DNA from: Macrostomum lignano
Lineage: Eukaryota
Assembly (NCBI GenBank): GCA_002269645.1
Contig: NIVC01003877.1
Coordinates: 1 to 64,000, forward strand
Direction of reading: 5' to 3'
DNA length: 64,000 nt
Both the position numbers and the translations under genes were made by a program. Shown here piece after piece: positions 1-10,810 of the stretch (within the stretch, counting starts at the first letter, position 1; each line of letters begins with the position of its first letter). The notes beneath the pieces were generated by a model. The model did not search any database. It had not been told where the DNA came from and saw nothing but the letters and a program-made list of their open reading frames with translations.

Positions 1-39
1 AAATAACACCGAATTTTTTTGAGTTTCCGGGTTTCAATT

Positions 40-130
40 TTAAGCAGTTGGTCAGCGTTCGTCTAGCACAGACGCTGGGGTCATGTGATGATGTGCCAGC
101 GGCCCAGGCTCGATTCCAAGTGCAGTCACA
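40..130 (+). mobile_element. 5' part of a tRNA-derived SINE, interrupted by the foldback element
   Basis: A-box-like GCAGTTGGTCAGCG and B-box-like GGCTCGATTCC are followed by AAGTGCAGTCA. The continuation (GGCTAAATTGGAATCTC...) resumes at ~1717, and the joined sequence is seen uninterrupted on the minus strand at ~4820-4970. Confidence 0.55.
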
Positions 131-1716
131 CAGTAGGAATGCCAAGCCATTTTTCCGCCCGTCGAACTACCAAGAGGGGAAAATTCCCCCCCCCCTGACA
201 ATTTTTTTTGCTGCGCCGGAACGGAGCAACGCAGGCACACGAATTTCAAGAACACGGGCTAACTTTTTGTTGCGCACCTTCTCAAACAAGAATCAAGTCG
301 CCAGCCCTTCGGACCGTCGAGATATTCGACGATTCTGCCAGAAGGTCGGATTTTTCCCATAAGTGCTATAGTGTATTCAGTACACCCCTGTGCGCCAATT
401 AGCACTGCGCCTCAGTGCAGCCTTGTCAAGTCTCCAAATTTCATCAGCACGTCGAACACATGTGTCTGCATCAGCTCTGACTTCGTTGGTTACTGGCCTT
501 CACCCAAGTGGAGCTTCTGGACCCTCAACAGCTGTGGCACCAGGTGACTATGGACACCCTGATGCGGATTTCTCTAGTTTCGCCGATCAAGCCTCGACAG
601 TGGGCAAGAATCAACCGCCAGACATTCTCAGCTAGTCTCTCAAGCATTCCGTCATCATCCCGACGCCGTCGGCACCTTCAACAGGTGGCACCGGGAGTAA
701 GGACACCTGAGCGTGATTTTTCATCATGCTCTTAACATTTCTGAAGCTCTCAAAATTTTTCAAGCACGGAAATTTCTATACTTAAGCTTGAACTTATGTT
801 GCTGTATATTTATATTATTATTACACATACTTTTATGCATACGAGCTACATACATATTTTATTCGAAAAGCTGTTTAGTTTATTCAACTATAATATTGAA
901 CCCAATTTTTATGCAGAAAGGGTTATGCTTTTAAGAAGCCAGTAAATTCAGTCGGTTTTTTCATTTTTAATGATTCAGAAATGTTAAGAGCATGATGAAA
1001 AATCACGCTCAGGTGTCCTTACTCCCCTGGTGCCACCTGTTGAAGGTGCCGACGGCGTCGGGGTGATGGCTGAATGCTTGACTGACTTGCTGAGGATGTT
1101 CAGTAGTTGAGGTTTGCCCATTATTGAAGCTTGATAAGAAAAACCTGACATATTTGCAACAGGGATGTCCATAGTCACCTGGTGTAATCTGTTGAAGGAG
1201 CCGACGGCGTCGGGATGATGACGGAATGCTTGACTGACTAGCTGAGAATGTCTGGCGGTTGATTCTTGCCCACTGTCGAGGCTTGATCGGCGAAACTAGA
1301 GAAATCCGCATCAGGGTGTCCATAGTCACCTGGTGCCACAGCTGTTGAGGGTCCAGAAGCTCCACTTGGGTGAAGGCTAGTGACCAACGAAGTCAGAACT
1401 GAGGCAGACACATGTGTTCGACGTGCTGATGAAATTTGGAGACTTGGCAAGGCTGCACTGAGGCGCAGTGCTAATTGGCGCACAGGGGTGTACTGAATAC
1501 ACTGGCGCTTATGGGAAAAATCCGACCTTCTGGCAGAATCGTCGAATATCTCGACAGTCCGAAGGGCTGGCGACTTGATTCTTGTTTGAGAAGGTGCGCA
1601 ACAAAAAGTTAGCCCGTGTTCTTGAAATTCGTGTGCCTGCGTTGCTCCGTTCCGGCGCAGCGAAAAAAATTGTCAGGGGGGGGGAATTTCGCCCCCCCCT
1701 CTTGGTAGTTCTACTG
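131..1716. mobile_element. Foldback-type non-autonomous DNA element with very long inverted arms
   Basis: Left arm 164-745 is the near-identical reverse complement of right arm 974-1711, around a 228-bp AT-rich spacer. Outer ends are CAGTAG(131)...CTACTG(1716). The right arm carries an extra ~150-bp diverged internal repeat unit. No clean TSD. Confidence 0.8.
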
Positions 1717-1815
1717 TTAATCCGGGGCTAAATTGGAATCTCGTCTTGGCTCTGCTCCTGCAACTACAGCCTTGAGACCCAACCCTGACGATAAATAAAG
1801 TGATCACCGCTGTGC
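1717..1815 (+). mobile_element. 3' continuation of the interrupted SINE
   Basis: GGCTAAATTGGAATCTCGTCTTGGCTCTGCTCCTGCAACTACAGCCTTGAGACCCAACCC...ACGATAAATAAA aligns to the reverse complement of ~4820-4942. Confidence 0.6.
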
Positions 1816-2807
1816 AAGTCAGGCATACATTTATAAAATTAGTAAAACAAACACTTTCTACTTTCAGTTAAGTAGCAAAGAATGCATAACGCTATTTTAT
1901 GGCTGAAATGACTGGTAAGTTTATCTATGGAAGCCAAGCTTGCAGGCGTAAACAACTTGCTAATTAGTTCAGCAATAATGTACTCGTACATTAGTGAGTC
2001 AGCTGAAATGTACATGGTTGGAATTTTAGGCGGTAATTCTGAGAAAGGCAATAAATTTGGGGCGGGGCGGGGTGGTGTGGAAAGGCGCCGTTAGAGGGTT
2101 AAAGCTGAGTGGTAAGAGCCAATAAATGAGCCTTGGCTTTAAAAGTACATTAAAATGCTTGATTAAAATTTACTACTGAACTGAAAATATGTCTTGTAAT
2201 GTAAGTGTTATGTCTTGTAATCCTGTGCTTTATGTTTGCGCTGCAATACGAGTAGCTTCGTGCCGACGACTTGCTTAGAGAGAAGACACACTCGGCGGAA
2301 GGCAATAAGGTCGCAGTCATAGACATAAATGAATAGGGCAATAACAGGGAAACGCTAATCCGCAAAGTACGGGTATGAGCTACAAGTATTAGGTGCATTT
2401 ACAATACACTTCAGTTTGTTTACACGCAAATGTGCTAAATGGCCCATCCGCATGTAGTTATTCCAATATCTGTGGTTTCGAGTGAATAAACACAATAAAT
2501 CCGTATACGAGTATTGAGATATTGGACTTTAGATTGTATTGCCAATAGTTTAGGAAGATATCAATGTAATATTCAAAAAATATAATCTAGCCAGCTAAAT
2601 TAATTTTCTTATCTTTATTAGCTGTTAGTAGATACGAACCAAGTCAAAAATGAGTAAAAATCACAAAACTATATTCTTCAGCGATCAACGCACTTATAAA
2701 AAATCAGACATTTTATGACTACAAAACACGCATAAAGATGGTCTACAAAGCTGGCATATATGGCTCATAACACACGCCTTTCAGTGAAACAGATTTGAAA
2801 TAGCTAC

Positions 2808-4009
2808 TCAATTTAAGTTAACAATACCGCCTGCATCCTCGAAGTTGTTGTGCACCCAAACAAGGTCATCTCCCTGATACCCTGTGTGGCTGATGTTGAT
2901 CAACTTCGTCAGATTGTTCATGCTCCTCGGGCTGTAGCGCCTCTCAGCGAAGAAGCTGATCATGAACTGGCGCTCCTCCTCGCTCATGTGCTTCCTCAGC
3001 CACTCCATGTGCACCACGGGAATCGTGAAGGTGTCGAAAAGCTTCTGCGCGCTCTTGAAGAACTCGCCTTCGCCTCCTTCGATGTCGACCTTCAACACGA
3101 CCAGCTTCGTGTCGATGAGCGGCACGATGGAGTCCGCGGTGGCCGACATCACCGGGATCGTGTCGACGACGGCCCTGCCGAACTTGGTGGCGCCGCCCAT
3201 ATTGCAGTCCTCCGGGAAGTTCAGGTACATGAGCGACACCTGCCTGCTGACGAAGTTCCACAGCAGCTGCAGCTTGTGAGGCGAATTGGCCGCCTCGGCT
3301 GACAGCTTGATTCGAATCAGGTTGCGGATGTTCGCGTCCAGCGCGATGACGGGCACTCCGAGATCGAGGACCGACAGGCTGAACACGCCGATGTTCGAGC
3401 CGACGTCCACGAAGGTGACGGGCGACTTGGCGGCCAGCTTGCGAATGATTCGCTGCATGGTGCGGACGTTCCGCTCTTCGAAGATGTGCGAGCCGTGAAT
3501 TGTAGCCGAGATGTAGTCGGTACTGGAGTAGACGAAGCTGGTGACGTTTTTCTGGGTGAGGGGGCTTCTGATGTATGTCTGAAGGCTTCCAGCTCTGACG
3601 CCTTCAATGAGCACCTGCGGCAGGTGCTGCTTGAGTCGGCACAGTGGAAACGCGCTGTCCACGATGGTGTAGGCGGCGACACCTTCGCAGATGCTCTCGC
3701 TGATGGACTTGTGCAGGAAGTTGACGCCGCGGAGCTCTCGATAGGCGTCACACATTTTTCTGGCAGCGGTCTGTGAATGACCGGCGGGATGCTCGATTGG
3801 TAGGATTTCTGCAGTGCCGGTTGGTTCAAGGCGTTGGCCTCAGATTCTGTCCTGCGATATTCGCGTACTGCACTCTGTGGTTTTGCTGCCACGGCTTTGT
3901 CTTGTGACGAACTGAGTCTGCTGCTGCGGCTTCTGTGATATATTTCACTCAGAATCCAGATAAACATCGCCATCAATAAAATGACAAGTGCAGTTTTCGA
4001 ACAATTCAT
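2808..4009 (-). CDS. FkbM-family (Methyltransf_21) SAM-dependent methyltransferase with N-terminal signal anchor, copy A; 1-nt frameshift near 3755 (sequencing error or pseudogene)
   Basis: Motifs FVDVGSNIGVFSL and LKVDIEGGE. The N-terminus MNCSKTALVILLMAMFIWILSEIY (ATG at 4009) lies in a different frame from ORF 2808-3755. The A-run has 5 A's here versus 6 (GAA AAA ATG) in the intact paralog. Confidence 0.8.
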
Positions 4010-4719
4010 TGTTCCTGCTCGTACCTGCAATGTAAGTGATTTTTTGATTTACTTTTTATTGGCATTTATATATTCAGATTGTGAACTGCATAAGCTAAGC
4101 GTCTTCTGACAGTTGGCTCATCGTCATGTGTATGCATGCAGGTGCAAATTGTTAATCGAACAGCTTACCTGATAAATGAACTGATAAATTCCGCTGTCTA
4201 TAATTTTGTTACTTAATCTCAGCATATGATTTACCTGCGTTGCCTGTTATATATGAGTTCTATAACTATGAAACTAAACTGTTTGCAATGGTTGCACAGC
4301 TGATGGTAGAATTAGCGAAAACTGAAGGCTCCAAGGCCACAAAACAAATACCGAGAACTTACTGTTTGTTTTGTCAATTCAAAGGGTCATCGACATTGAG
4401 CGAACGTCATTAAGTAAATCAAGCAGGTAAACACTCAATAAGCAGTGTTGTTTGCACTCGACCGGATTGCTTCTCAATAGACTTAGCTCTGAAGTCAATT
4501 GTGCTGCTCATCATTAACGTCAGCTTGGGTCAGCTTGGGTCAGCTTGGGTCCAGAAATTTTACCTTTCAAACGGCTGGTTTAAGTTGATCAACAAGAATA
4601 TATGGTTAGATGTTAAATGATTTAATTTTAGCTGCTAAAAATAGTTCAATTATTTACATTGATAATTAGAGGCCGGAGGCTGTGTGCACCCTGGCGCACT
4701 TTAAGCGACATTGTCACAC

Positions 4720-4970
4720 AACCGGCTAGAGGCATTGCTGCCCATTCCGCCGACTCCCCTGAGCAGGCACACAAGCGCGCGGATACGTACGCAGTCATAC
4801 GCGCAGGCACACACTCACACAGGAGTGTACAGCGGCCCTAAATTTATTTATCGTTAGGCATGTACACTTCACTGTGCCTTGGGGTTGGCCCTCAAGGCCG
4901 TTAATTGCACGAGCGGAGCCCAGCCGAGATTCCAATTTAGCCACAAATTAATTTGACTGCACTTGGAAAC
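4720..4970 (-). mobile_element. SINE body (same family as 40-130/1717-1815; 3' part also at ~7770-7890)
   Basis: Reverse-complement match to the interrupted SINE. The segment GCCCATTCCGC..CCCCTGAGCA..ACAAGCGCGC..TCATACGC..GTGTACA recurs at ~7780-7880. Confidence 0.55.
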
Positions 4971-5047
4971 AATGTTCGTACGGCAACAAATGGACAGTAG
5001 TGCTTGGGAAGTATTGGCCTAGTATTGAATGAGTTGTCCTGGATGCT

Positions 5048-5175
5048 CACCCAGTGATTCAGACACGGTAACGGTGGCGGTAAGGAGGCGGTAACGGAGG
5101 AGCAAATTATCGAGAAGATCAGCGCCAGTGCTTGGGTGAGCAACGTGGTAATCGCCCCCAAGATTCGCCTCACGG
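5048..5175 (+). mobile_element. Degenerate Ty3/gypsy reverse-transcriptase fragment
   Basis: Translates with breaks to HPVIQ...KEAVTEE...QIIEKISASAWVSNVVIAPK-IRL, matching the gypsy RT N-terminal pattern (GIIExVxxSxWVSxxVxxxKxxGxIRLCVD). Confidence 0.45.
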
Positions 5176-5227
5176 ATGTAAATCGCACGAACCCCCCCCC
5201 ACAACTGCATGGCCAATTCTCCTGAAC

Positions 5228-5294
5228 ACATGGAATCGAACCAGAGGCCGTGGGGCGTGAGTCAGACGCGTATACCACTGAGCTGCTCTGCACC
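5228..5294 (-). mobile_element. tRNA-derived SINE head (Pol III A/B boxes)
   Basis: Minus strand reads GGTGCAGAGCAGCTCAGTGGTATACGCG...GGTTCGATTCCA. The A and B boxes are clear but the anticodon stem does not pair, so this is not called a tRNA gene. Confidence 0.55.
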
Positions 5295-6094
5295 CGATCT
5301 TTGTATCGTGTTTCCTGAGGCTGTCTTCGGTTTTCTGAATGGTTGATACTTATAGTTCTCTAATTCCAGAGTAAAAATATTCTGTCCAGTGCAGTTTTTA
5401 CCTTGCTTAATTTACTCAATGATGTTTACTAAGTGACCCATTAGATCGACAGAGCAATGCGTCCAATACTGAATTTATTTGCTTTTAAGACTCTTCAAAT
5501 ACATTCTACAGCTTCGTGACTCCCGAGGCTTCGACTCTTCTTCCTCACTTTCTTCTCTTGTCTTTCTAGAGACCTCAGCAATAAGAGTTATTTAACACGG
5601 ACTGTAGGAGAGAGCGCTCAAATACACCGCAGGGAGACGTGCTCAGGGAGACGGGCCAATGATTCATAACGATAGACAACGGACCGTACTCGACAAAGTT
5701 TAACAGCTCGATTCCATAAACTACCGGTAGCTATAGGCAAAGTTTTGATTTAAGAAAGCGAAAAAATTGATTCCAATAAAGGTAAGCTGCTTGAGTACAG
5801 TACATGCACATGTGTTGATTTTTAACTTCCGCCCCTTGGTGCTTGGGTGCCGGTGCTGATGAGAAAAAGCACCTTTCTGCTGTTACTGTCTGTTTAGTGC
5901 ATTTTTACAGACAGACTTTGTAAGTGCTCCTTCGAACAGAATGCCTGCTTGCTTAGTTTGCAATCTAGAAGCTCAGATATTGAGATAGCTCGTATTGTGA
6001 GAATTTAGTGCTGAATTCTTTGGAGCACACCTGACGGCAGTCCGGTCGAAATGCAAATTAAAACTGAATAAAAAACACATAAATTGCAGGAACA

Positions 6095-7291
6095 ATGAAG
6101 TGGTCGAAAACTGCACTTGTTATTTTATTGACAGCTATATCCGTCTGGCTTGTGAGTGAAGTATACCACAGCAGCCGCAGCCTCAATCCGTCACAAGACA
6201 AAGCCGTGGCAGCAAAACCAAAGAGTGCAGTACGCGAATATCGCAGGACAGAATCTGAGTCCAACGCCTTGAACCAACCGGCACTGCAGAAATCCTACCA
6301 ATCGAGCATCCCGCCGGTCATTCACAGACCGCTGCCAGAAAAAATGTGTGACGCCTATCGAGAGCTCCGCAGCGTCAACTTCCTGCACAAGTCCATCAGC
6401 GAGAGCATCTGCGAAGGCGCCGCCGCCTACACCATCGTGGACAGCGCGTTTCCACTTTGTCGACTCAAGCAGCACCTGCCGCACGTGCTCATCGAAGGCG
6501 TCAGAGCTGGAAGCCTTCAGACATACATCAGAAGCCCCCTCACCCAGAGAAACGTTGTCAGTTTCGTGTACTCAAGTCCTGACCTGATCTCGACCTTAAT
6601 TCATGGCTCGCATGTCTTCGAGGAGCGGAACGTCCGCATCATGCAGCAAATCATTCGCAAGCTGGCCGCCAAGTCGCCCGTCACCTTCGTGGACGTCGGC
6701 TCGAACATCGGCGTGTTCAGCCTGCCGGTCCTCGATCTCGGAGTGCCCGTCATCGCGCTGGATGCGAACATCCGCAACCTGATTCGAATCAAGCTGTCAG
6801 CCGAGGCGGCCAATTCGCCTCACAAGCTGCAGCTGCTGTGGAACTTCGTCAGCAGGCAGGTGTCGCTCATGTACCTGAACTTCCCGAAGGACTGCAACAT
6901 GGGCGGCGCCACCAAGTTCGGCAGGGCCGTCGTCGACACGATCCCGGTGATGTCGGCCACCGCGGACTCCATCGTGCCGCTCATCGACACGAAGCTGGTC
7001 GTGTTGAAGGTCGACATCGAAGGAGGCGAAGGCGAGTTCTTCAAGAGCGCGCAGAAGCTGTTCGACAGCGTCACGATTCCCGTGGTGCACATGGAGTGGC
7101 TGAGGAAGCACATGAGCGAGGAGGAGCGCCAGTTCATGATCAGCTTCTTCGCTGAGAGGCGCTACAGCCCGAGGACTATGGTCCATCCGACCAGAGTTAT
7201 CGACATTAAGGATATAGGCTTTGAGGATTATAACCTTGTTTGGGTTCACAAGGATTTCACAGATGCAAGCTGGCTATTTGACTCAGATTGA
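6095..7291 (+). CDS. FkbM-family (Methyltransf_21) SAM-dependent methyltransferase, predicted type II membrane protein, copy B (398 aa, intronless)
   Basis: Intact ORF. A short basic N-terminus plus hydrophobic anchor (KTALVILLTAISVWLVSEVY) and a low-complexity stem precede the FkbM motifs DVGSNIG, ALDAN and KVDIEGGE. Confidence 0.9.
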   Translation: MKWSKTALVILLTAISVWLVSEVYHSSRSLNPSQDKAVAAKPKSAVREYRRTESESNALNQPALQKSYQSSIPPVIHRPLPEKMCDAYRELRSVNFLHKSISESICEGAAAYTIVDSAFPLCRLKQHLPHVLIEGVRAGSLQTYIRSPLTQRNVVSFVYSSPDLISTLIHGSHVFEERNVRIMQQIIRKLAAKSPVTFVDVGSNIGVFSLPVLDLGVPVIALDANIRNLIRIKLSAEAANSPHKLQLLWNFVSRQVSLMYLNFPKDCNMGGATKFGRAVVDTIPVMSATADSIVPLIDTKLVVLKVDIEGGEGEFFKSAQKLFDSVTIPVVHMEWLRKHMSEEERQFMISFFAERRYSPRTMVHPTRVIDIKDIGFEDYNLVWVHKDFTDASWLFDSD

Positions 7292-7912
7292 GCTGGTACA
7301 GAACTTAGCAAGTGTTAAAGGCAAACTGTGATTCACAATTCTAGATTTTGCTAGAAAAAGTTGCAGTGTGTATTGACCATCAATCTTTAACTTTTGATGA
7401 CTTAGTTGGTTGGTCGTTAGCTAATGTCGTTAGTTAATCTAATGTAAGCGTCTGCATAGATCTCAGTTATCGTCTGCTGTTGAAGTTTTCAAAATCAAAG
7501 GCAAGTTCTACAAACTGTGTAGTCTTCGCTTTCTTTAGCTAACAACTCGTTGGCTATGAAGTAAGATAGTTCCGAACCGAAGTGGCCATGTGAGTTGATC
7601 GAGTCTTTGTAAACTACTCTGTTTAACATTATCTGAAAAGATGCTATCCTTGATGGAAGCTGATAGATGAAGAAGTTACCTGCATGGCGGCCCGATTTTG
7701 GTGATGTTCTGTACCAATGGCAACCGCTGCTTCTGTTGAAATTTCCTGTACACCTGCTGCAAAGCTGTATTTACGACCTCGCCCATTCCGCTGACCCCTG
7801 AGCACATATATGTACATGTACAAGCGCGCCAATACTGTTCGCAAGCACGCACTCATACGCACGCTCAGACAGGGTGTACACAAGGACGACTTAAGTATAA
7901 GGACGGGAAGCC

Positions 7913-8375
7913 TCATTTCAGCACAGAAGTTGTTGTTGCTTTTGATAGGAGGCAGATCCAGTGTTCATCTTTTGAAATGTTGTGCCTTTCTTATTGCTCT
8001 ATTGATATTCATAAAGGTTTTCGTTCAAAGAATTAGGATTCTTTGTGAATTTTTTATTCAACGTACATTTGCACGTACATGTATCTTGTGCCTAAAAACC
8101 ATTAAAATGGCACGGCTCAGTTCTTTGGCTTTTTGAGTCTATTTCATCATTCTTAGCGGACTGTATAACAATTATCTGTAACAGAGATTATAAAATAGAT
8201 TCATAAAACGTACGTATATGTAGAATAAAAAAATTACATAGAATCCTAATTCTTTGCACGAAAAGCTTTACAAATATCGATAGAGCAATAAGAAGGGCAC
8301 AACATATCAAAAGATGAACACTGGATCTGCCTCCTATCAAAAGCAATAGCAATTTTTGTGCTAAAAAATGAGAAT
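7913..8375. mobile_element. MITE-like inverted repeat (~165-bp arms)
   Basis: 7913-8075 (CTCATTT..GCTTTTGATAGGAGGCAGATCCAGTGTTCATCTTTTGA..) is the reverse complement of ~8200-8375, with scattered mismatches. Confidence 0.75.
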
Positions 8376-8569
8376 TTCCTATCTCCGTAGTGTATTTTTT
8401 CGGGAAAACCTGCTTCTAAAATTTTCTAAGAAACGAGAACTCGTATTGCACTTGTGGTGAGTACACCTCTCCTAGCCAACTTTTAAAGGACGCGTGGTCC
8501 TCTCTCTCGTTTATTTCTTTCCTCGCGTGTACCGCCACACACACAAACACTCTATTACCGCAGCTATAA

Positions 8570-8712
8570 CGCTGGCACCAATTTTACAACTGGGTGAACT
8601 AAAGCAATGCAGAGTTAAGGATCTTCTTGCTCAAGGGCACGAATTTGTTCCAGTGGAATCGAGAATCGAACTTCCGACCTTTCAGTTGTGCGTCCGACGC
8701 TCTAACCACTTT
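8570..8712 (-). mobile_element. tRNA-derived SINE (second family)
   Basis: Minus strand reads AAGTGGTTAGAGCGTCGGAC...GGAAGTTCGATTC (A/B boxes), then GTGCCCTTGAGCAAG, a core motif common in invertebrate SINEs. Confidence 0.65.
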
Positions 8713-9346
8713 AAAGTGATTGCAGTAATGTTAAGCTACATAGTCCGGAAAGTCTGGATGCGTCAAATGCATCGCTCTATATGGCGCGGAGCGAGCGCGA
8801 GTGGGACAACTGAGTGAGTGAACGACGAATTCAGATTCGCACCTGGGCAGCCTAAATGGCCCTGCAAGTTGAGCAGCAGGACGTCCTGTAGAGGCTTGGG
8901 GGCAGCAGCTCTCGGCCTGGATCACGTGACCCTCCTGTTGAAGTCGCCACCTTGCAGCTGGGCCCTCTAGTACAGGCCGCCTCTGTCCCGACGCTCTCGT
9001 CAGCTTGAAAGGCGCGGTATGGAGCAGCCGGAGTGCGCCGAGCCCAGCTGCGACTCCACTGTCTTGGAGTTTATATCTTTAGAATGTATAAAGATGAATT
9101 TTAGTGTATAGAAGAAGATGATGATAATATCTTAAGTTTAAGATAGATTAAAAGATAGATTGGGTAATCCTAATTTCCAATTGTTAAATTATTTTGACAT
9201 CTAAATTTGTATAACTAAGTCAAATGAAATCCATCTTGTTTTCTTGGATAATATTCCTATAGCCAAAAAGTTAGAACAAAGGGCTATATTAAATTATTAT
9301 ATTAAATTAAATAATCTGATTTATTACAGCTACTGACTTTGAGACG

Positions 9347-9603
9347 ATGGCGTCTGCACAGAAGACAAACCGGATGGCTCGCCTCACCATGATGCAGCTA
9401 CTTCGTGATTCTGAAGGCCTGCAAGAGGCCACAGGGCAGGAGTCCATTGAGCACGTGGCGCCAGCTGAAGAAGATTCTGATGATGCTGATGACGATTGGC
9501 AAGAACGTGATTGGGAGCCAGGAAATTCCCAAAGCGTGTCTCCTCCTGAAAGTGATGATGACTCTGGGATCGAGGAAGAAGTGTCCCCCATAAGACCCAT
9601 CAG
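9347..9603 (+). other. Acidic ORF/exon of unknown origin, resembling the acidic N-terminus of piggyBac-type transposases
   Basis: MARLTMMQLLRDSE...EEDSDDADDDWQERDWEPGNSQSVSPPESDDDSGIEEE ends at a possible donor (CAG|GTGATA). No downstream catalytic exon was recognised. Confidence 0.3.
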
Positions 9604-10184
9604 GTGATATTATGGAACTGATTTTCGAGTTACTATTTTTCATGATCCATTTTTCCATCAACAAGAGGGCCATGGAGTTCTGTCTGGCAAATGTGGGCAA
9701 AGCGCGCGGATATACGGTGCCCTGTTCTGTACATAGCCTGTTGTGTGTAATCACAGTTGCACCGAAATTGATAAGCAATGGTATTTCTTTACGAGCCTAT
9801 TATTGTAATTGTCTTTTAAGTGTCGATTTGTTGCGTGAGCAGTCTGTTGGCGTTTGTGGATTCGCTGATCCTTTACATGTCCATTCAATTTTATACTCGT
9901 AAAGTATATTTTAGTTGATTTTTACATGCAACCTGAGCAAATTAATACAATACGTGTGAGTGTGAGTGTCAAATACATGTAAATTGCTCATATCTTGTTT
10001 CGTCACGGTCCTAGCAATTATACTTGCGGTCAATGATTTCCGCAAACTGTTGCCGTGCATGTTGCACACGCATATGAACTCTGTCTTGGACTTCTTGTCT
10101 TGCATTCGTTATTTTCCAATATGCACTTGTGGGTGCAATGATACTATTCAAATCGATTGTACATGTGTGTACATATACGTGTAA

Positions 10185-10351
10185 AGCAACATCGAATCGA
10201 CGTCGCAGAACGAAGGCGAAACGACGCAGCATCGACGTTGAAATGAAGGTGTACCACCCACCTCGAAACAACGTCGTTGCACCGCGACATTTGCATCCAT
10301 CGAATCGACATGGAAAACTGACGTCGTTTCGACAGCTTGCTTCCCAGTGGG
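10185..10351 (-). mobile_element. Probable end of a non-autonomous DNA transposon (CCCACTGGG terminus with ACGTCG/ATCGA subterminal repeats; EnSpm/CMC-like)
   Basis: Dense short ACGTCG/TCGA repeats end in TTCCCAGTGGG. Only one end is seen. Confidence 0.3.
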
Positions 10352-10589
10352 TCTCGGATGCTAGTTAGGCCGCCAGTCGAGTCCTCTGTTCGCCGCGTGA
10401 TTTTCTCTTCTACGTGGGGTGCACTAGAGGTATAGGTGAACCACGGGAACTGAGCGAGCTGTCAGGTCCCCTGGGGATGTCAGCCAGCACGGCGACCAAC
10501 TTGGTCTTAAGTGTGGACCACGAGGGCGCGACTCTAGAAGCCAATTGCTTAATTCCAGCCTGTCGATCTGGCGCTGTCACCTTCGGTTG

Positions 10590-10810
10590 ATGACATGAAT
10601 GCGAGGTCGCCAGCGTAGCCAAGCACGCTGAGGCGCTTCTCTTCGTAGTAGTGGTGCATGGCCAATGCATCGTCGTCAGCCGAGAGGAATGCGTTACAGA
10701 GCACTCAGTCCAGCCGCAGCACAAAGAAAAACAAATTGTGTCCTAAGTGTGTCTGTCTCTCAGCTGCCGAACACCAGACGAAGCCTTCCGCTGCTGTCAC
10801 AGCAGTAGTT
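10590..10810 (-). mobile_element. Degenerate RTE-family RT fragment (older copy of the intron-1 element)
   Basis: Minus strand GAGAAGCGCCTCAGCGTGCTTGGCTACGCTGGCGACCTCGC matches GAGAAGCGGCTCAGCGTGCTTGGCTACGCCGACGACCTCGC at ~16503-16543; YADD has decayed to YAGD. Confidence 0.7.

Noticed and set aside
131-136. Assignment of the foldback element to pogo/Tc1 from its CAGTAG termini
   Set aside because: The flanks are CA and TT rather than the expected TA duplication, so the superfamily is left unassigned.
5228-5294. Possible tRNA gene
   Set aside because: A and B boxes are present, but the anticodon and acceptor stems do not pair; it is better explained as a SINE head.
2850-7249. Overlapping and antisense ORFs within the methyltransferase genes (also within the RTE RT and JIP3 exon 12)
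   Set aside because: They are by-products of GC-rich codon usage and carry no recognisable motifs.
2808-7291. Bacterial contamination or operon suggested by intronless FkbM genes
   Set aside because: The genes have eukaryotic signal-anchor and stem regions and sit among SINEs, MITEs and spliced animal genes. Ancient horizontal origin remains open but cannot be shown here.
8729-9280. Possible solo LTR starting TGTT with a TATA-like motif
   Set aside because: No matching CA terminus with a TSD could be defined.
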